DNA from: an uncultured virus (IMG/VR IMGVR_UViG_3300001348_000010)
Taxonomy: Duplodnaviria; Heunggongvirae; Uroviricota; Caudoviricetes
DNA: 64,000 nucleotides
Strand: one strand, 5' to 3'
IMG/VR virus record: IMGVR_UViG_3300001348_000010
Span: 1 to 64,000 of that record
The notes beneath the pieces are model-generated. The model made no database searches and had not been told where the DNA came from. It worked only from the letters and a program-made list of their open reading frames with translations. The position numbers and the translations under genes are program-made. Positions 37,250 through 46,399 of this stretch are shown one piece after another (position 1 is the stretch's first letter; each line of letters opens with the position of its first letter).

Positions 37250-37482
37250 CAGTTGTTTCGAAAAACCTAACTGCCAATGTACATGGTATTGTTAGGTGGG
37301 TATGACCATCTGGTACCGAAGGAAACCCAGGCGTTTGCTACTGACGGGAAAGTAGATAAGGGGAGGGGCACTGCAGAAAGTCCCTCCCACGAAAACTATT
37401 TTAACTAGCGTCTCGTACGGAGGGCATTGCCTAAAAGTACACTTCCTTTTTGTTGTTTCTGAGGCGCTACTTTAAATAGTTT
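37250..37482 (+). ncRNA. Candidate structured non-coding RNA
   Basis: GC-rich intergenic region with at least five stems, some with G-U pairs; no ORF. Confidence 0.5.
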
Positions 37483-37492
37483 GGAGATTTAT

Positions 37493-37825
37493 ATGAGTAT
37501 GCATATGATACAGGGCGTTCAAGTCCATGGTAAATCTAAAAGAAAGAAAGCACCCGGGTGGAAGAAAGCACAAGAGAAGCACGAAGCCTTCTTAAAATCA
37601 ATGGGTGTGAAGAATAAACCTAAGACGGAGTATCGTACTGAGATACCTGATTATAATACAGGTCCTAGAATGACTTCAGATAAGGTTGCTGGTAATGGTA
37701 CTAAGAGAGAAGCTAATAAATATACAGGTACTCTTATTAAAGGTATTGCTACTATGCACAAGTCTAATGCTGTTCCTATACTTAATAAGGATCAAGCAAT
37801 AGAAGTATCAAAGATGGGAAGCTAA
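37493..37825 (+). CDS. Conserved basic hypothetical protein
   Basis: YTGTLIKGIATMHKSNAVPI motif; GGAG RBS. Confidence 0.7.
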   Translation: MSMHMIQGVQVHGKSKRKKAPGWKKAQEKHEAFLKSMGVKNKPKTEYRTEIPDYNTGPRMTSDKVAGNGTKREANKYTGTLIKGIATMHKSNAVPILNKDQAIEVSKMGS

Positions 37826-38079
37826 TGTTTACAATTGAACACGATCATGAATATAATGAAACTGTTGTAACAATTCTTGATACCACCGAAGAGTTTGAGG
37901 ATGTTACTGTACACTTCACTGCAAACGGTGATGCTTTTATCAGACAATGGGAGGATAATTTAGATAATTTTAATGTAATTGGAATGACTGCGGATATGTA
38001 CCGCAAACTTATGAAAGCCTGGGAATTACCTCAAGGCGCATACCACTTTAAACAAGGAGAAAATAATGTTGACACGTAA
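37825..38079 (+). CDS. Acidic hypothetical protein
   Basis: Coupled 84-aa ORF. Confidence 0.6.
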   Translation: MFTIEHDHEYNETVVTILDTTEEFEDVTVHFTANGDAFIRQWEDNLDNFNVIGMTADMYRKLMKAWELPQGAYHFKQGENNVDT

Positions 38080-38314
38080 TGAAATGATTAGTCAATTGTT
38101 AAAAAAAGAATGCCGCGTAATATTTACCAAAGTTAATGGTGAAGAGCGTGATATGACTTGCACACTTATGGCAGAAGCACTTCCAGCCAGAGCAGCTACC
38201 TCAGATGAAAAAGCTGAGCACGGAGCGGTCAATGAAGAAACAATTCCAGTTTGGGATGTTAACAAGCAAGCATTTCGGTCCTTCCGTGTAGAGAATGTAT
38301 TATCATTTACATAA
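38066..38314 (+). CDS. SH3/WYL-like beta-barrel protein
   Basis: V.FTKVNGEERDMTCTL...VWD...FRSFR. Confidence 0.72.
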   Translation: MLTRNEMISQLLKKECRVIFTKVNGEERDMTCTLMAEALPARAATSDEKAEHGAVNEETIPVWDVNKQAFRSFRVENVLSFT

Positions 38315-38322
38315 TATAAATA
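38315..38322 (+). promoter_or_regulatory. T4-type late promoter
   Basis: Intergenic TATAAATA. Confidence 0.6.
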
Positions 38323-38346
38323 ATAATTTAAACGGAGGTACTTATA

Positions 38347-38547
38347 TTGTATATTGATGAGAATATGTTGTCACTACTATATGGTGTAGGATGCGCTGTA
38401 TGCGGATTTTATGTTCATAAGAATTACTTTTCAAAATCACGTGATGAAATTGTTAGTGATACAATTGAGTACCTTTGTGAACAAGGCTTTGTAAAACACA
38501 ACTGGGACGAAAATGGTGAAATAGTTTTACACCCATATAAAAAATAA
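38347..38547 (+). CDS. Small membrane-anchored hypothetical protein
   Basis: GGAGG RBS, TTG start, N-terminal hydrophobic segment. Confidence 0.55.
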   Translation: MYIDENMLSLLYGVGCAVCGFYVHKNYFSKSRDEIVSDTIEYLCEQGFVKHNWDENGEIVLHPYKK

Positions 38548-38599
38548 ATTAAAAAAAGTAAAGAAAACACTTTACATTTGTTTTTATATGTGTTATAAT
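38539..38599 (+). promoter_or_regulatory. Early promoter with repeated UP element
   Basis: TTTACA(38571)-N17-TATAAT; 39 nt identical to 24413-24451. Confidence 0.75.
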
Positions 38600-38626
38600 A
38601 GTTATACAATCAAACGGAGATATATT

Positions 38627-39748
38627 ATGGCTGTTAAGAAAAAGACTAAGGCGTTACCAAGAGCACGTAAAAAAACTGGTTTTGGTGCTGCACCTGAGAA
38701 TAACTTTCGCAACTTTAATGAATACATTCGAATGGAAGTAGATAAGAAAGATATTGCATCTCTTATCAAAACTTATATTCGTGCTACGTTTGACAAGCCT
38801 ACCCAGCGGGTCTATCTTGCTGCACCAGAATATGCTTTTACACCCAAGCACTTTATTGCTTCTACTATTTTGTGGGAGCAAAAAGGGCATGATTTCCCTC
38901 CCAATTGGAATGCAAAAGCTGCACTGGAAACATTCTTTGAATATATTACTGTACTAGGTAATAAAGCCTTAACGGCTAAGGAAGAGAATGTTGTAGCAAT
39001 TAAGCCTCGCAAAACACCAGCTGAAATCATAAAAGAAAAAACATCTGAGTTTATTGGCAGTATTGAGAATATTCTTGATACATACTTTGACGATAAACAT
39101 GAAGTTCAGATGAAGTATTCTATATATGATGAACTGACTAAAGATGCTTATCCTCAGTCGACAGCTAGTGCAGTTGTTTCTTACTACACACCATTGCGTG
39201 ATGAACTCAATGAGTTGGTTACAAAAAAGACCCCTGATCTGATTGAGGGTTATGAAAATGTACCAACACGTGCTAGAAAGAAATATCTGGAATTCGTTCA
39301 GCACATTATAGATGATGCGCAAAAGTACATCATGAGCAAAAAAGCTACACGTGCACCTCGTAAACCTAGAGTTAAGAGTGCGGATAAACAAGTAGCTAAG
39401 ATGCAGTTCTTGTTGGAGTCTAAAGAATATAAGATCAAGTCAATACACCCAATGATGGTTGTTGGTGCTATGAGATTGTATACCTTTAACACTAAATATA
39501 AACAGCTGACCGAATATGTAAGCCGTAAAGCAACTGGGTTTGAAATCAAGGGCACTTCCTTAAAAGGGTTTGATCTTGAATTATCAAGGATGACAAAGGT
39601 AAGAAAACCTTCTGAAGTCCTCCCAGTTGCTTTAGGTAAAACACCTAATCAAATTAATAAGATGTGGGGAACTCTGACTACTAAGACAGAGGTGCCTAAC
39701 GGAAGACTAAATAAAGAAACAATTATATTAAGGGCTATGGATAAATGA
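38627..39748 (+). CDS. Conserved T4-like hypothetical protein upstream of gp33
   Basis: 373 aa; L.EGY, RAPRKP, FNTKYK.L, GF.IKGT, NGRLN motifs. Confidence 0.75.
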   Translation: MAVKKKTKALPRARKKTGFGAAPENNFRNFNEYIRMEVDKKDIASLIKTYIRATFDKPTQRVYLAAPEYAFTPKHFIASTILWEQKGHDFPPNWNAKAALETFFEYITVLGNKALTAKEENVVAIKPRKTPAEIIKEKTSEFIGSIENILDTYFDDKHEVQMKYSIYDELTKDAYPQSTASAVVSYYTPLRDELNELVTKKTPDLIEGYENVPTRARKKYLEFVQHIIDDAQKYIMSKKATRAPRKPRVKSADKQVAKMQFLLESKEYKIKSIHPMMVVGAMRLYTFNTKYKQLTEYVSRKATGFEIKGTSLKGFDLELSRMTKVRKPSEVLPVALGKTPNQINKMWGTLTTKTEVPNGRLNKETIILRAMDK

Positions 39749-39978
39749 GTGAAGCAGTTTTCTTGAATAAAAGTAAATTCTCTCGTATGGTAGAAACTAC
39801 CGTATTTGGCAAAAAGTTATCCTATATGGATGCAGTGATAGATGTCTGTGAAGAAACAAACATTGAGCCCGAAGATGTAAAGAAATTTCTCAACGGTGTT
39901 ATCGTTGAGAAACTAGAGGGAGAGGCTATGAATTTGAACTATCTCCCTAGGCAAAATAGTTTACCTTTTGAAGAATAA
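39745..39978 (+). CDS. gp33: Late-transcription coactivator gp33
   Basis: FS..VE...SYMDAV...CE...IE.E.V...EKL..EA..LNYLPR; precedes gp32. Confidence 0.85.
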   Translation: MSEAVFLNKSKFSRMVETTVFGKKLSYMDAVIDVCEETNIEPEDVKKFLNGVIVEKLEGEAMNLNYLPRQNSLPFEE

Positions 39979-39982
39979 AGGG

Positions 39983-40011
39983 TTTACATTGAGCCGAAAA
40001 TATAGTATGAT
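39983..40011 (+). promoter_or_regulatory. Sigma70-type promoter for gp32
   Basis: TTTACA-N17-TATGAT. Confidence 0.65.
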
Positions 40012-40055
40012 ATTACAGTAATACTTCAGCAATATAAAACATAAGGAAAATATAA

Positions 40056-40979
40056 ATGTCTTTTGCAAACCTAAAACGTAATCGTGATCAAATCTCAAAA
40101 CTTATCTCAGCCGCAGATGCAGCTGGCGCCGGTTCAGGTGGTGGTAAGAAAAACTATGGTGATGATCGTGTTTGGAAACCAACGGTGGATAAAGCAGGTA
40201 ATGGCTATGCTGTACTGCGCTTTCTTCCAGCAACCGAAGGTTCTGAATTACCATGGGTCCGTTATTGGGATCATGGATTCAAAGGGCCAACAGGTCAGTG
40301 GTACATAGAAAAATCATTGACTTCAATTGGTCAGCAAGACCCAGTGTCTGAGCACAACTCAGAACTCTGGAACTCGGGTATTGACTCGAATAAAGAAGTA
40401 GTTCGTAAACAAAAGCGGCGACTACACTATGTAGTTAATGCAATGGTTGTTTCTGATCCAGCTAATCCTGCTAATGAAGGTAAGATTGTGTTGTATCAGT
40501 TCGGTAAGAAAATCTTTGATAAAATCATGGATGTTATGCAGCCACAGTTTGCAGATGAATCACCTATCAACCCATTTGATTTTTGGGAAGGTGCACACTT
40601 TAAACTAAAGATTCGTCAAGTAGAAGGTTATCGAAACTATGACAAGTCTGAGTTTGCATCAGCAAGTGCTTTGTCTTCAGATGAGAATGAATTGGAAGAG
40701 ATTTATGGCAAGTTACATGATCTAACAGAATTCTCTGATCCTAAGAACTATAAATCATATGATGAGTTAAAGGCTAAGTTGAATAAAGTGTTAGGTACTA
40801 GCACTATGACAACTCAAGCACGTGAAGAGTTAGAAACAATTTCTGCAGCACCTTCTCCGGTTGCTTCTGAAGCACCTGCCTTTGCGGCAGCTGTGGAGCC
40901 AGTAACGGCAGAAGCTATGGAGAGTACAGGTACTGATGACACTATGTCATACTTTGCCCGTCTTGCAGCCGAAGATTAA
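40056..40979 (+). CDS. gp32: Single-stranded DNA-binding protein gp32
   Basis: DDRVWKP.VDKAGNGYAVLRFLP, HGFKG..GQWYIE, FGKKIFDKI, RNYDKSEF. Confidence 0.95.
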   Translation: MSFANLKRNRDQISKLISAADAAGAGSGGGKKNYGDDRVWKPTVDKAGNGYAVLRFLPATEGSELPWVRYWDHGFKGPTGQWYIEKSLTSIGQQDPVSEHNSELWNSGIDSNKEVVRKQKRRLHYVVNAMVVSDPANPANEGKIVLYQFGKKIFDKIMDVMQPQFADESPINPFDFWEGAHFKLKIRQVEGYRNYDKSEFASASALSSDENELEEIYGKLHDLTEFSDPKNYKSYDELKAKLNKVLGTSTMTTQAREELETISAAPSPVASEAPAFAAAVEPVTAEAMESTGTDDTMSYFARLAAED

Positions 40980-40996
40980 TATTAATTAAATATCTT

Positions 40997-41029
40997 AAAG
41001 GGGCGGGGTTTATTCTCCGCCCTTTTTTT
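40997..41029. terminator. Bidirectional rho-independent terminator
   Basis: GGGCGGGG/CTCCGCCC stem with T7, between convergent genes. Confidence 0.85.
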
Positions 41030-42800
41030 AGTAACCTGAAGGTCCTTTTTTACCTGTATTAACAGTATCACCAAAGCCATCATTACTAGATCCTGATAAT
41101 CTTAAAGGACCAGGGATATTGTTAATCGACACACTATTTATTGGATTATTCTGGCTATTATCTTGATATAATAATTGTCCTGTACCACCTCTATCAGCAT
41201 TTTTAAGTAACATAGCCGAGTCTTGTAGGTATTGACCACTAGTTATATTACCACCCTGCAATTGTTTTAAGAGAATATCACTTTGTCTTTCAATGTTTCT
41301 TAATTCTATATTTTTAAGCTCTTGAGTAAGACTAATTTCAAGTTCATCAGTATTTACAAACTTTTGTATTCTCTCTGGTAATATATCATTAATCTTTCCA
41401 ACCATGCTAATCATTAGTTTTTGTGGCATCTCTGATAAGAAAGCTGTTAATCTTTGAAACTGTAGTTGAATATTTAACCAAGATCCTTTTAAATCTCTCA
41501 TTGCATTATCACCAGCAGTTTGGAAAAAGGAGCTTATGTCTTTACCAAATTTCTTTCTTGTACCATCTACAGAGTCGATTTCTGCTTTTATAGCCTTTTC
41601 ATCTTCTGGTGGTACTTTATATATTTCTTTAATCTTTGCTACAAGGTTTTTAATACCTGTTATTGGATTTAGTGTAAAATCTTTATCTGTAAATTCTGCA
41701 CCAGTTAAAGATTTAACTAGGTTCATTATTGGATCATTAACTATTAGATCAAATAGCCATTCAACAGAATCAACTGTACCGAATGCAGCTAACTTTGTAT
41801 CTTCCCATAATTTCTTAAATACTGCATTTGAACCTTCTTTATCATTAAGTTTACTTAATTTTTCAATATAGTTAGCTGCATTTATAAAAAGATCAAACGG
41901 TGCCTTAACAATAGTTTTGATAGTGTCTTCAAAGCTTACATCTTTAGCAGCCTGTAAAAATCTAGCTAAACCAGACTTTGAAGTATACACTCCATTTGCA
42001 TCAGTCTCCAGACCAAACATTTTTCCAACACCCCAGACTAATCCATTTTTAAGTAGATCCAAAGGTGCTCCAATAAATGATGCAACAAACCCAGAAAACC
42101 CATCACCAAATTTTCCTAGAAATGTTTCTTCATCTGATTTACCAAAATCTACAAATCCTTTATATACAGAAATTAAAATGCCTAATGGCCAAAGAATTTT
42201 ACCCATAAGTTTTGAAATAGGAGCCAAAGTGCTACCTATACCACGTACTGAACCACCAAAAAATTTAGTTACTGATGCTCCTATCTTAGCACCTGGTCCT
42301 AAGAAATAAGCACTTAATGCAGTACCAACTACAGTTAAAGGACGAAGAAAAGACTTAATTTGGATACCAAGCCTAGGTATTAATGTTTTAAAGTTAGTTT
42401 TAAACTTACTCTTTGTTTCTTCAATTATATCACCAATCTTTGTTGTAAATCCAGTAAGACCATTAAGCTTCTTAATAAGAGGTAATTCCCAACCACGTAA
42501 CCCTACCATAGTTAAACCTAGTGCACTAATACCAGCAAGAAATGTTCCTAGCTTTCCGGCTAAACCCATTAAACCAAATAAACCAACATTAAACTTATCA
42601 CCACCACTATTTCCATCAATCTTAGTAGCTTTGGCAGGCTTGTCTGATTTCTCGGACTTACTTTCTCGTTCTTTCTCAAGGGCATCTAATCGTGCACGCT
42701 CTTGAGTTAAGAACCATTGTTTAAAGTTCCTATTGAGATTAGCAGTCTCTGTATTGTTCTTATGTAATTGCTTTACTACATCTTCGAGATTAGTTGCCAT
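41028..42800 (-). CDS. Tail tape-measure protein (gp29-like)
   Basis: 590 aa, helical, Gly/Leu/Phe-rich hydrophobic stretches; downstream of gp26/gp51. Confidence 0.65.
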   Translation of the reverse strand: MATNLEDVVKQLHKNNTETANLNRNFKQWFLTQERARLDALEKERESKSEKSDKPAKATKIDGNSGGDKFNVGLFGLMGLAGKLGTFLAGISALGLTMVGLRGWELPLIKKLNGLTGFTTKIGDIIEETKSKFKTNFKTLIPRLGIQIKSFLRPLTVVGTALSAYFLGPGAKIGASVTKFFGGSVRGIGSTLAPISKLMGKILWPLGILISVYKGFVDFGKSDEETFLGKFGDGFSGFVASFIGAPLDLLKNGLVWGVGKMFGLETDANGVYTSKSGLARFLQAAKDVSFEDTIKTIVKAPFDLFINAANYIEKLSKLNDKEGSNAVFKKLWEDTKLAAFGTVDSVEWLFDLIVNDPIMNLVKSLTGAEFTDKDFTLNPITGIKNLVAKIKEIYKVPPEDEKAIKAEIDSVDGTRKKFGKDISSFFQTAGDNAMRDLKGSWLNIQLQFQRLTAFLSEMPQKLMISMVGKINDILPERIQKFVNTDELEISLTQELKNIELRNIERQSDILLKQLQGGNITSGQYLQDSAMLLKNADRGGTGQLLYQDNSQNNPINSVSINNIPGPLRLSGSSNDGFGDTVNTGKKGPSGY

Positions 42801-42981
42801 TGTTCCGCCTTTTGGTTTCTTCTTCTTGTTCTTTCAAATGCGTTTCAAGCATTGTTATATAAACTTCTTTTTCCCATGGTATTAAACTGTCTATCTCATT
42901 CAAACTATAGTTATGGTGTTGCATTAAAGCAAAGTTATTTCTATAGTAATTAATTATACTATTATGAGACAGACATACTAG
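42790..42981 (-). CDS. gp51: gp51-like hub assembly catalyst; -1 frame relative to gp26, first in-frame ATG only at 42924
   Basis: LVCLSHNSIINYYRNNFALMQHHNYSLNEIDSLIPWEKEVYITML...*. Confidence 0.75.
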   Translation of the reverse strand, partial: LVCLSHNSIINYYRNNFALMQHHNYSLNEIDSLIPWEKEVYITMLETHLKEQEEETKRRNNGN

Positions 42982-43694
42982 AAAAAATCTTGCATACCAC
43001 TTAGTGTCATTTCATTATCTTTATTACAACTATGACAAACAAATTTAACATCATGTTTAAGTGTTGGCATATCTTCCATATATTCTTTAATGGCATTAAG
43101 ATCACTAGTATTCATAGAGTTAATAAAGTTATCTTGGTCAACTTTACTTTCACCAGCAAAGATAATTCTTTCTTCATCAGTAACCACTGTCTTAATACAC
43201 ATCTTAATCATATCAAATGTTGATTCAGAGCTTGATTTACCAGCTGTAGTCTTTGATTCATTTACTACACTATTATAAGTAGGCCATTGTAGCTCTAATG
43301 ATATATCAGAGTTTAATTCAATAACAGATCCTTCTAAGCTCATATTACCTTTTACATTAATATTATCAATTGGTATTGATACTTCATTAGATTCTTCACA
43401 TTGACCACAAGCTAATGATAATTTAACATTTTCTCCAACTGATCTTGATCTTAGTTGTGTAAACATAAATTCAATATCAAATGTTGTTAGCTTAGATGTG
43501 TTTAATTCACCTTCGGCACAAGCTTCTATAGTGTCAACAATAGATGATAAAATCTGTGTTTCATCTTTTGATTCCATAGCAAGTAAAAGAACCTTTTCTT
43601 CCTTAACTAGAAAGGGCCTAAATCTAATCTTTTTCTTTGTAGAAGGTATGATCAATTCATACTTGGGTTGGTCGTTTAGTTTCGGTAAAGCCAT
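42978..43694 (-). CDS. gp26: Baseplate hub assembly chaperone gp26-like
   Basis: MALPKL..P.YEL..PS....FRPFLVKEEK.LL; FDIE..F..LR..SVGE; two CxxC; ends DFF. Confidence 0.88.
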   Translation of the reverse strand: MALPKLNDQPKYELIIPSTKKKIRFRPFLVKEEKVLLLAMESKDETQILSSIVDTIEACAEGELNTSKLTTFDIEFMFTQLRSRSVGENVKLSLACGQCEESNEVSIPIDNINVKGNMSLEGSVIELNSDISLELQWPTYNSVVNESKTTAGKSSSESTFDMIKMCIKTVVTDEERIIFAGESKVDQDNFINSMNTSDLNAIKEYMEDMPTLKHDVKFVCHSCNKDNEMTLSGMQDFF

Positions 43695-43706
43695 AATAAC
43701 TCCATG

Positions 43707-44297
43707 TTATGATATCCAGTCGTCGTAGCTGAACTGGATGTTTAATTCAAGCAAACCATTTTGCTCACTATTTAGTTGAAGAGCATTAATAGTAGTTGGA
43801 AATGCTCTAATCAATTTACATTTATATACTTCAATATCACTTGTAATGCTGAAATCAAATAGATCAGCTAAGTTATTTGCAGTAAAGTCTATTTCAAAAT
43901 TAACAGAAAGACCGTTGCGTTTTTTCTTCTGTAATTGAGTAATTTCTATATCAAAGACATAATCATCTTTGTATTTTAATTCTTTTGTTTGGAAGTCAAT
44001 GATCCTAGATTGCCATTCATCAAAGTATTCTTTAATGCCGTAATCATTCATTACATAGAATGTCATAGAAACATCCTCTTCAGCATATCCATAAGCAACT
44101 TTTTTCTGCTTCATGCCAATGATACGCTCTTGAGTAAGTATCTGACGACCAGGCAATTGTACATCTTTACAAAGCAAGTTAAGATCATATGATGCTTCTA
44201 TACCTAAGTTTGGTAATTGCACTTTCCATAGGTTAGCTTGAGCAAGCCCACCCTTTTTACCTATAAGAGATTTCATCTGATCAACGCTAAAGGTCAT
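43707..44297 (-). CDS. gp54: Tail tube initiator gp54-like (tube fold)
   Basis: GGLA..N...V; LC..V.LPG; F..WQ; AFP..I; F.Y..W. Confidence 0.7.
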   Translation of the reverse strand: MTFSVDQMKSLIGKKGGLAQANLWKVQLPNLGIEASYDLNLLCKDVQLPGRQILTQERIIGMKQKKVAYGYAEEDVSMTFYVMNDYGIKEYFDEWQSRIIDFQTKELKYKDDYVFDIEITQLQKKKRNGLSVNFEIDFTANNLADLFDFSITSDIEVYKCKLIRAFPTTINALQLNSEQNGLLELNIQFSYDDWIS

Positions 44298-44881
44298 ATC
44301 ATTTTCCTTGACTGTTTATACACTTGGTTGGAAGAAGCACCTTTCCATTGAGCCATAGGTAAGAATGTAGCAATTTCCCATTCTGATGGTGGTACTAATG
44401 CCAATCTACTTTTAACGTGTGCTGTGAGATAGTGTTTTATTGTAGGTTTAAATTCTTTAAACTTAGATGAGCCATTGAGTAACTCATAACTAAGTTTTAG
44501 TCTTGTTGTTTCATTGTACTTATCATTATTCTTTAGATCAATTAAACCATCTAGTAGTTTAGCTCTTAGAATTGGTGGCAAGTAATGTAAGTTTAATCCC
44601 ATAAAACCACCTTTAGCATCTCCTATAACAAAGATAAGAGGAAACTGGTCATAGTATGGTAATGTATCTTTATGCTTTGGATCATAAAAGAACATATACA
44701 TATTGCCTATTACACTAGTTTTAGATAGTTGTAGAGACTCCGCACGCATTAAACCTTCACGATTGATTCTGCGCATTGATTGCGCACGCTTACGGAACCA
44801 TTCACGTGATTGGTCAGTCCTTGGTGTGATACCAGCTCTGAGTGCTTCTGCGGATATTCTATTAAATAAGTTTTTGCTCAT
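44294..44881 (-). CDS. gp2: DNA end protector protein gp2
   Basis: MFFYDPKHKDTLPYYDQFPL, GLNLHYLPP. Confidence 0.92.
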   Translation of the reverse strand: MSKNLFNRISAEALRAGITPRTDQSREWFRKRAQSMRRINREGLMRAESLQLSKTSVIGNMYMFFYDPKHKDTLPYYDQFPLIFVIGDAKGGFMGLNLHYLPPILRAKLLDGLIDLKNNDKYNETTRLKLSYELLNGSSKFKEFKPTIKHYLTAHVKSRLALVPPSEWEIATFLPMAQWKGASSNQVYKQSRKMI

Positions 44882-44886
44882 GATGT

Positions 44887-44894
44887 TATTTATA
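44887..44894 (-). promoter_or_regulatory. T4-type late promoter
   Basis: TATAAATA on minus strand between gp4 and gp2. Confidence 0.6.
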
Positions 44895-45404
44895 CTATTT
44901 TTTAGTAGTTTTTTTCTTTGTCTTGAAAGGTTTTAGAGGTTTAATTGATTTTAGTCTTTTAATTGGTTTAGGCATAATACCCATCTTAATTAAAGTATTC
45001 TCTGTCCATATCTGAAAACCCCAGTCTCTATCTTTAGCATATATTCTGGCTGCTTCCCATTTGTTTTCGTTCTTAATGTAAGATAGGCTTTCGTTAATAT
45101 ATCTTTTTGTTTTCTTCCCTGGATACTCTGGTGGTCTTGTTTCTTTATCTGGTTTAATCTCTATAAGATCAACAGATCCGTCTTTCCATGTGATCTTTAG
45201 ATCCATAAAATATCTATGATACCTCTTATCTACAGCATAAAGATATGGTATTACAACTTCCTCGCTTGACCAATACTTAACAGCAGTGCTTTGATCACAC
45301 CAATTAAAACATTTTAGCTCCCAACTTGATCTATATGTTATCTTAGTGAAGTCACCTTTATACTTTTCAATGTTCTTTGGTCTAAATTTACCACTATGAG
45401 CCAT
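44895..45404 (-). CDS. gp4: Head completion nuclease gp4
   Basis: P.N..KYKGD...I.YRSSWE, WSSEE, HRYF.D, IEIKP, KW.AA. Confidence 0.92.
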   Translation of the reverse strand: MAHSGKFRPKNIEKYKGDFTKITYRSSWELKCFNWCDQSTAVKYWSSEEVVIPYLYAVDKRYHRYFMDLKITWKDGSVDLIEIKPDKETRPPEYPGKKTKRYINESLSYIKNENKWEAARIYAKDRDWGFQIWTENTLIKMGIMPKPIKRLKSIKPLKPFKTKKKTTKK

Positions 45405-45413
45405 GATTTACCT

Positions 45414-45421
45414 TATAAATA
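45414..45421 (+). promoter_or_regulatory. T4-type late promoter
   Basis: TATAAATA upstream of gp48. Confidence 0.75.
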
Positions 45422-45454
45422 ATACTAATTACTTCTATATATTAAGGTTATAAG

Positions 45455-46399
45455 ATGATCAATGAACCAAAAGGCCCGTATAATTTCCCAATCGACGATA
45501 CAAATGAGTATCCCGCTGAGATTGTATTTCGTCAAATTAACATAGCACCTCTGACTGCAAACGATTTACTAAACTTTGTAAAAGAAATCAACTTAGCCGA
45601 AATGAATGTTGAAGGTATTTCTACAGAAAGAGATGGTCTAGGTTCTTCTATAGCAGTAACAGATATAGAAGAAAAAACATTAACTCGAAGTATTAAGAGA
45701 ACACCATTAGAAGCAAATGGTGATTGGTGGGTATCATTATATATGCCACAAAGTATTCCTTTTAATGATGGTGTTGCATATCAGAATGTGGAACTTGGTG
45801 CTATTGGTGCTGGAATTGTTAACTCACTTAATACTGGAAAAAACTTGGCTCAAGCCGCAATGGCTGCTGTACAACAATCAACATCTGGTCTTATAGATGG
45901 GATTGTAAATAATGCTAATAGCGACGGAGCTAGTTTAGCTGCACTTAAAGTTGCTAGTAAAGCAAATACTACAGTTGCTAATGCAACATCGGCTGCTACA
46001 CGTGTATCATTAAACCCTAATAGTAGAACATTGTTTAATAGTGTTCCTATGAGAAACTTTGCCTTTACGTTTAAACTTATACCTAATAACCCTAAAGAAG
46101 TTGCTAGAATTAAAAGTATTATTAAACTGTTTAGAACAGCTATGTACCCAGAGGAGATAGGTACTGATCAAGTTGCTATAGGTTATAAATTTCCAGACCC
46201 ATTTGAAATAAAGATGTTATATAGAGATCAAGATGTATTCACAAAAATACTACCATCATATCTAACTAATGTTACTACTACATATAATAATGCTGGACAA
46301 GGTTTCTATAAAGATGGCGGCTTTACTGATGTAGAGGTTACATTATCATTTACTGAAACAAGACCACTTAACCGTGAAGACATTAAGGATAACTACTAA
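45455..46399 (+). CDS. gp48: Baseplate tail-tube cap gp48-like
   Basis: LYMP, NP....LF.....R.F.F.FKL.P...E...I..I...FR..MYP, L.F.E. Confidence 0.8.
   Translation: MINEPKGPYNFPIDDTNEYPAEIVFRQINIAPLTANDLLNFVKEINLAEMNVEGISTERDGLGSSIAVTDIEEKTLTRSIKRTPLEANGDWWVSLYMPQSIPFNDGVAYQNVELGAIGAGIVNSLNTGKNLAQAAMAAVQQSTSGLIDGIVNNANSDGASLAALKVASKANTTVANATSAATRVSLNPNSRTLFNSVPMRNFAFTFKLIPNNPKEVARIKSIIKLFRTAMYPEEIGTDQVAIGYKFPDPFEIKMLYRDQDVFTKILPSYLTNVTTTYNNAGQGFYKDGGFTDVEVTLSFTETRPLNREDIKDNY

Noticed and set aside
37338..37390. Hammerhead ribozyme or RNase P RNA (CTGA..GAAA, GAAAGTCC)
   Set aside because: The CUGANGA core with three stems and the RNase P P4 partner sequence are not present
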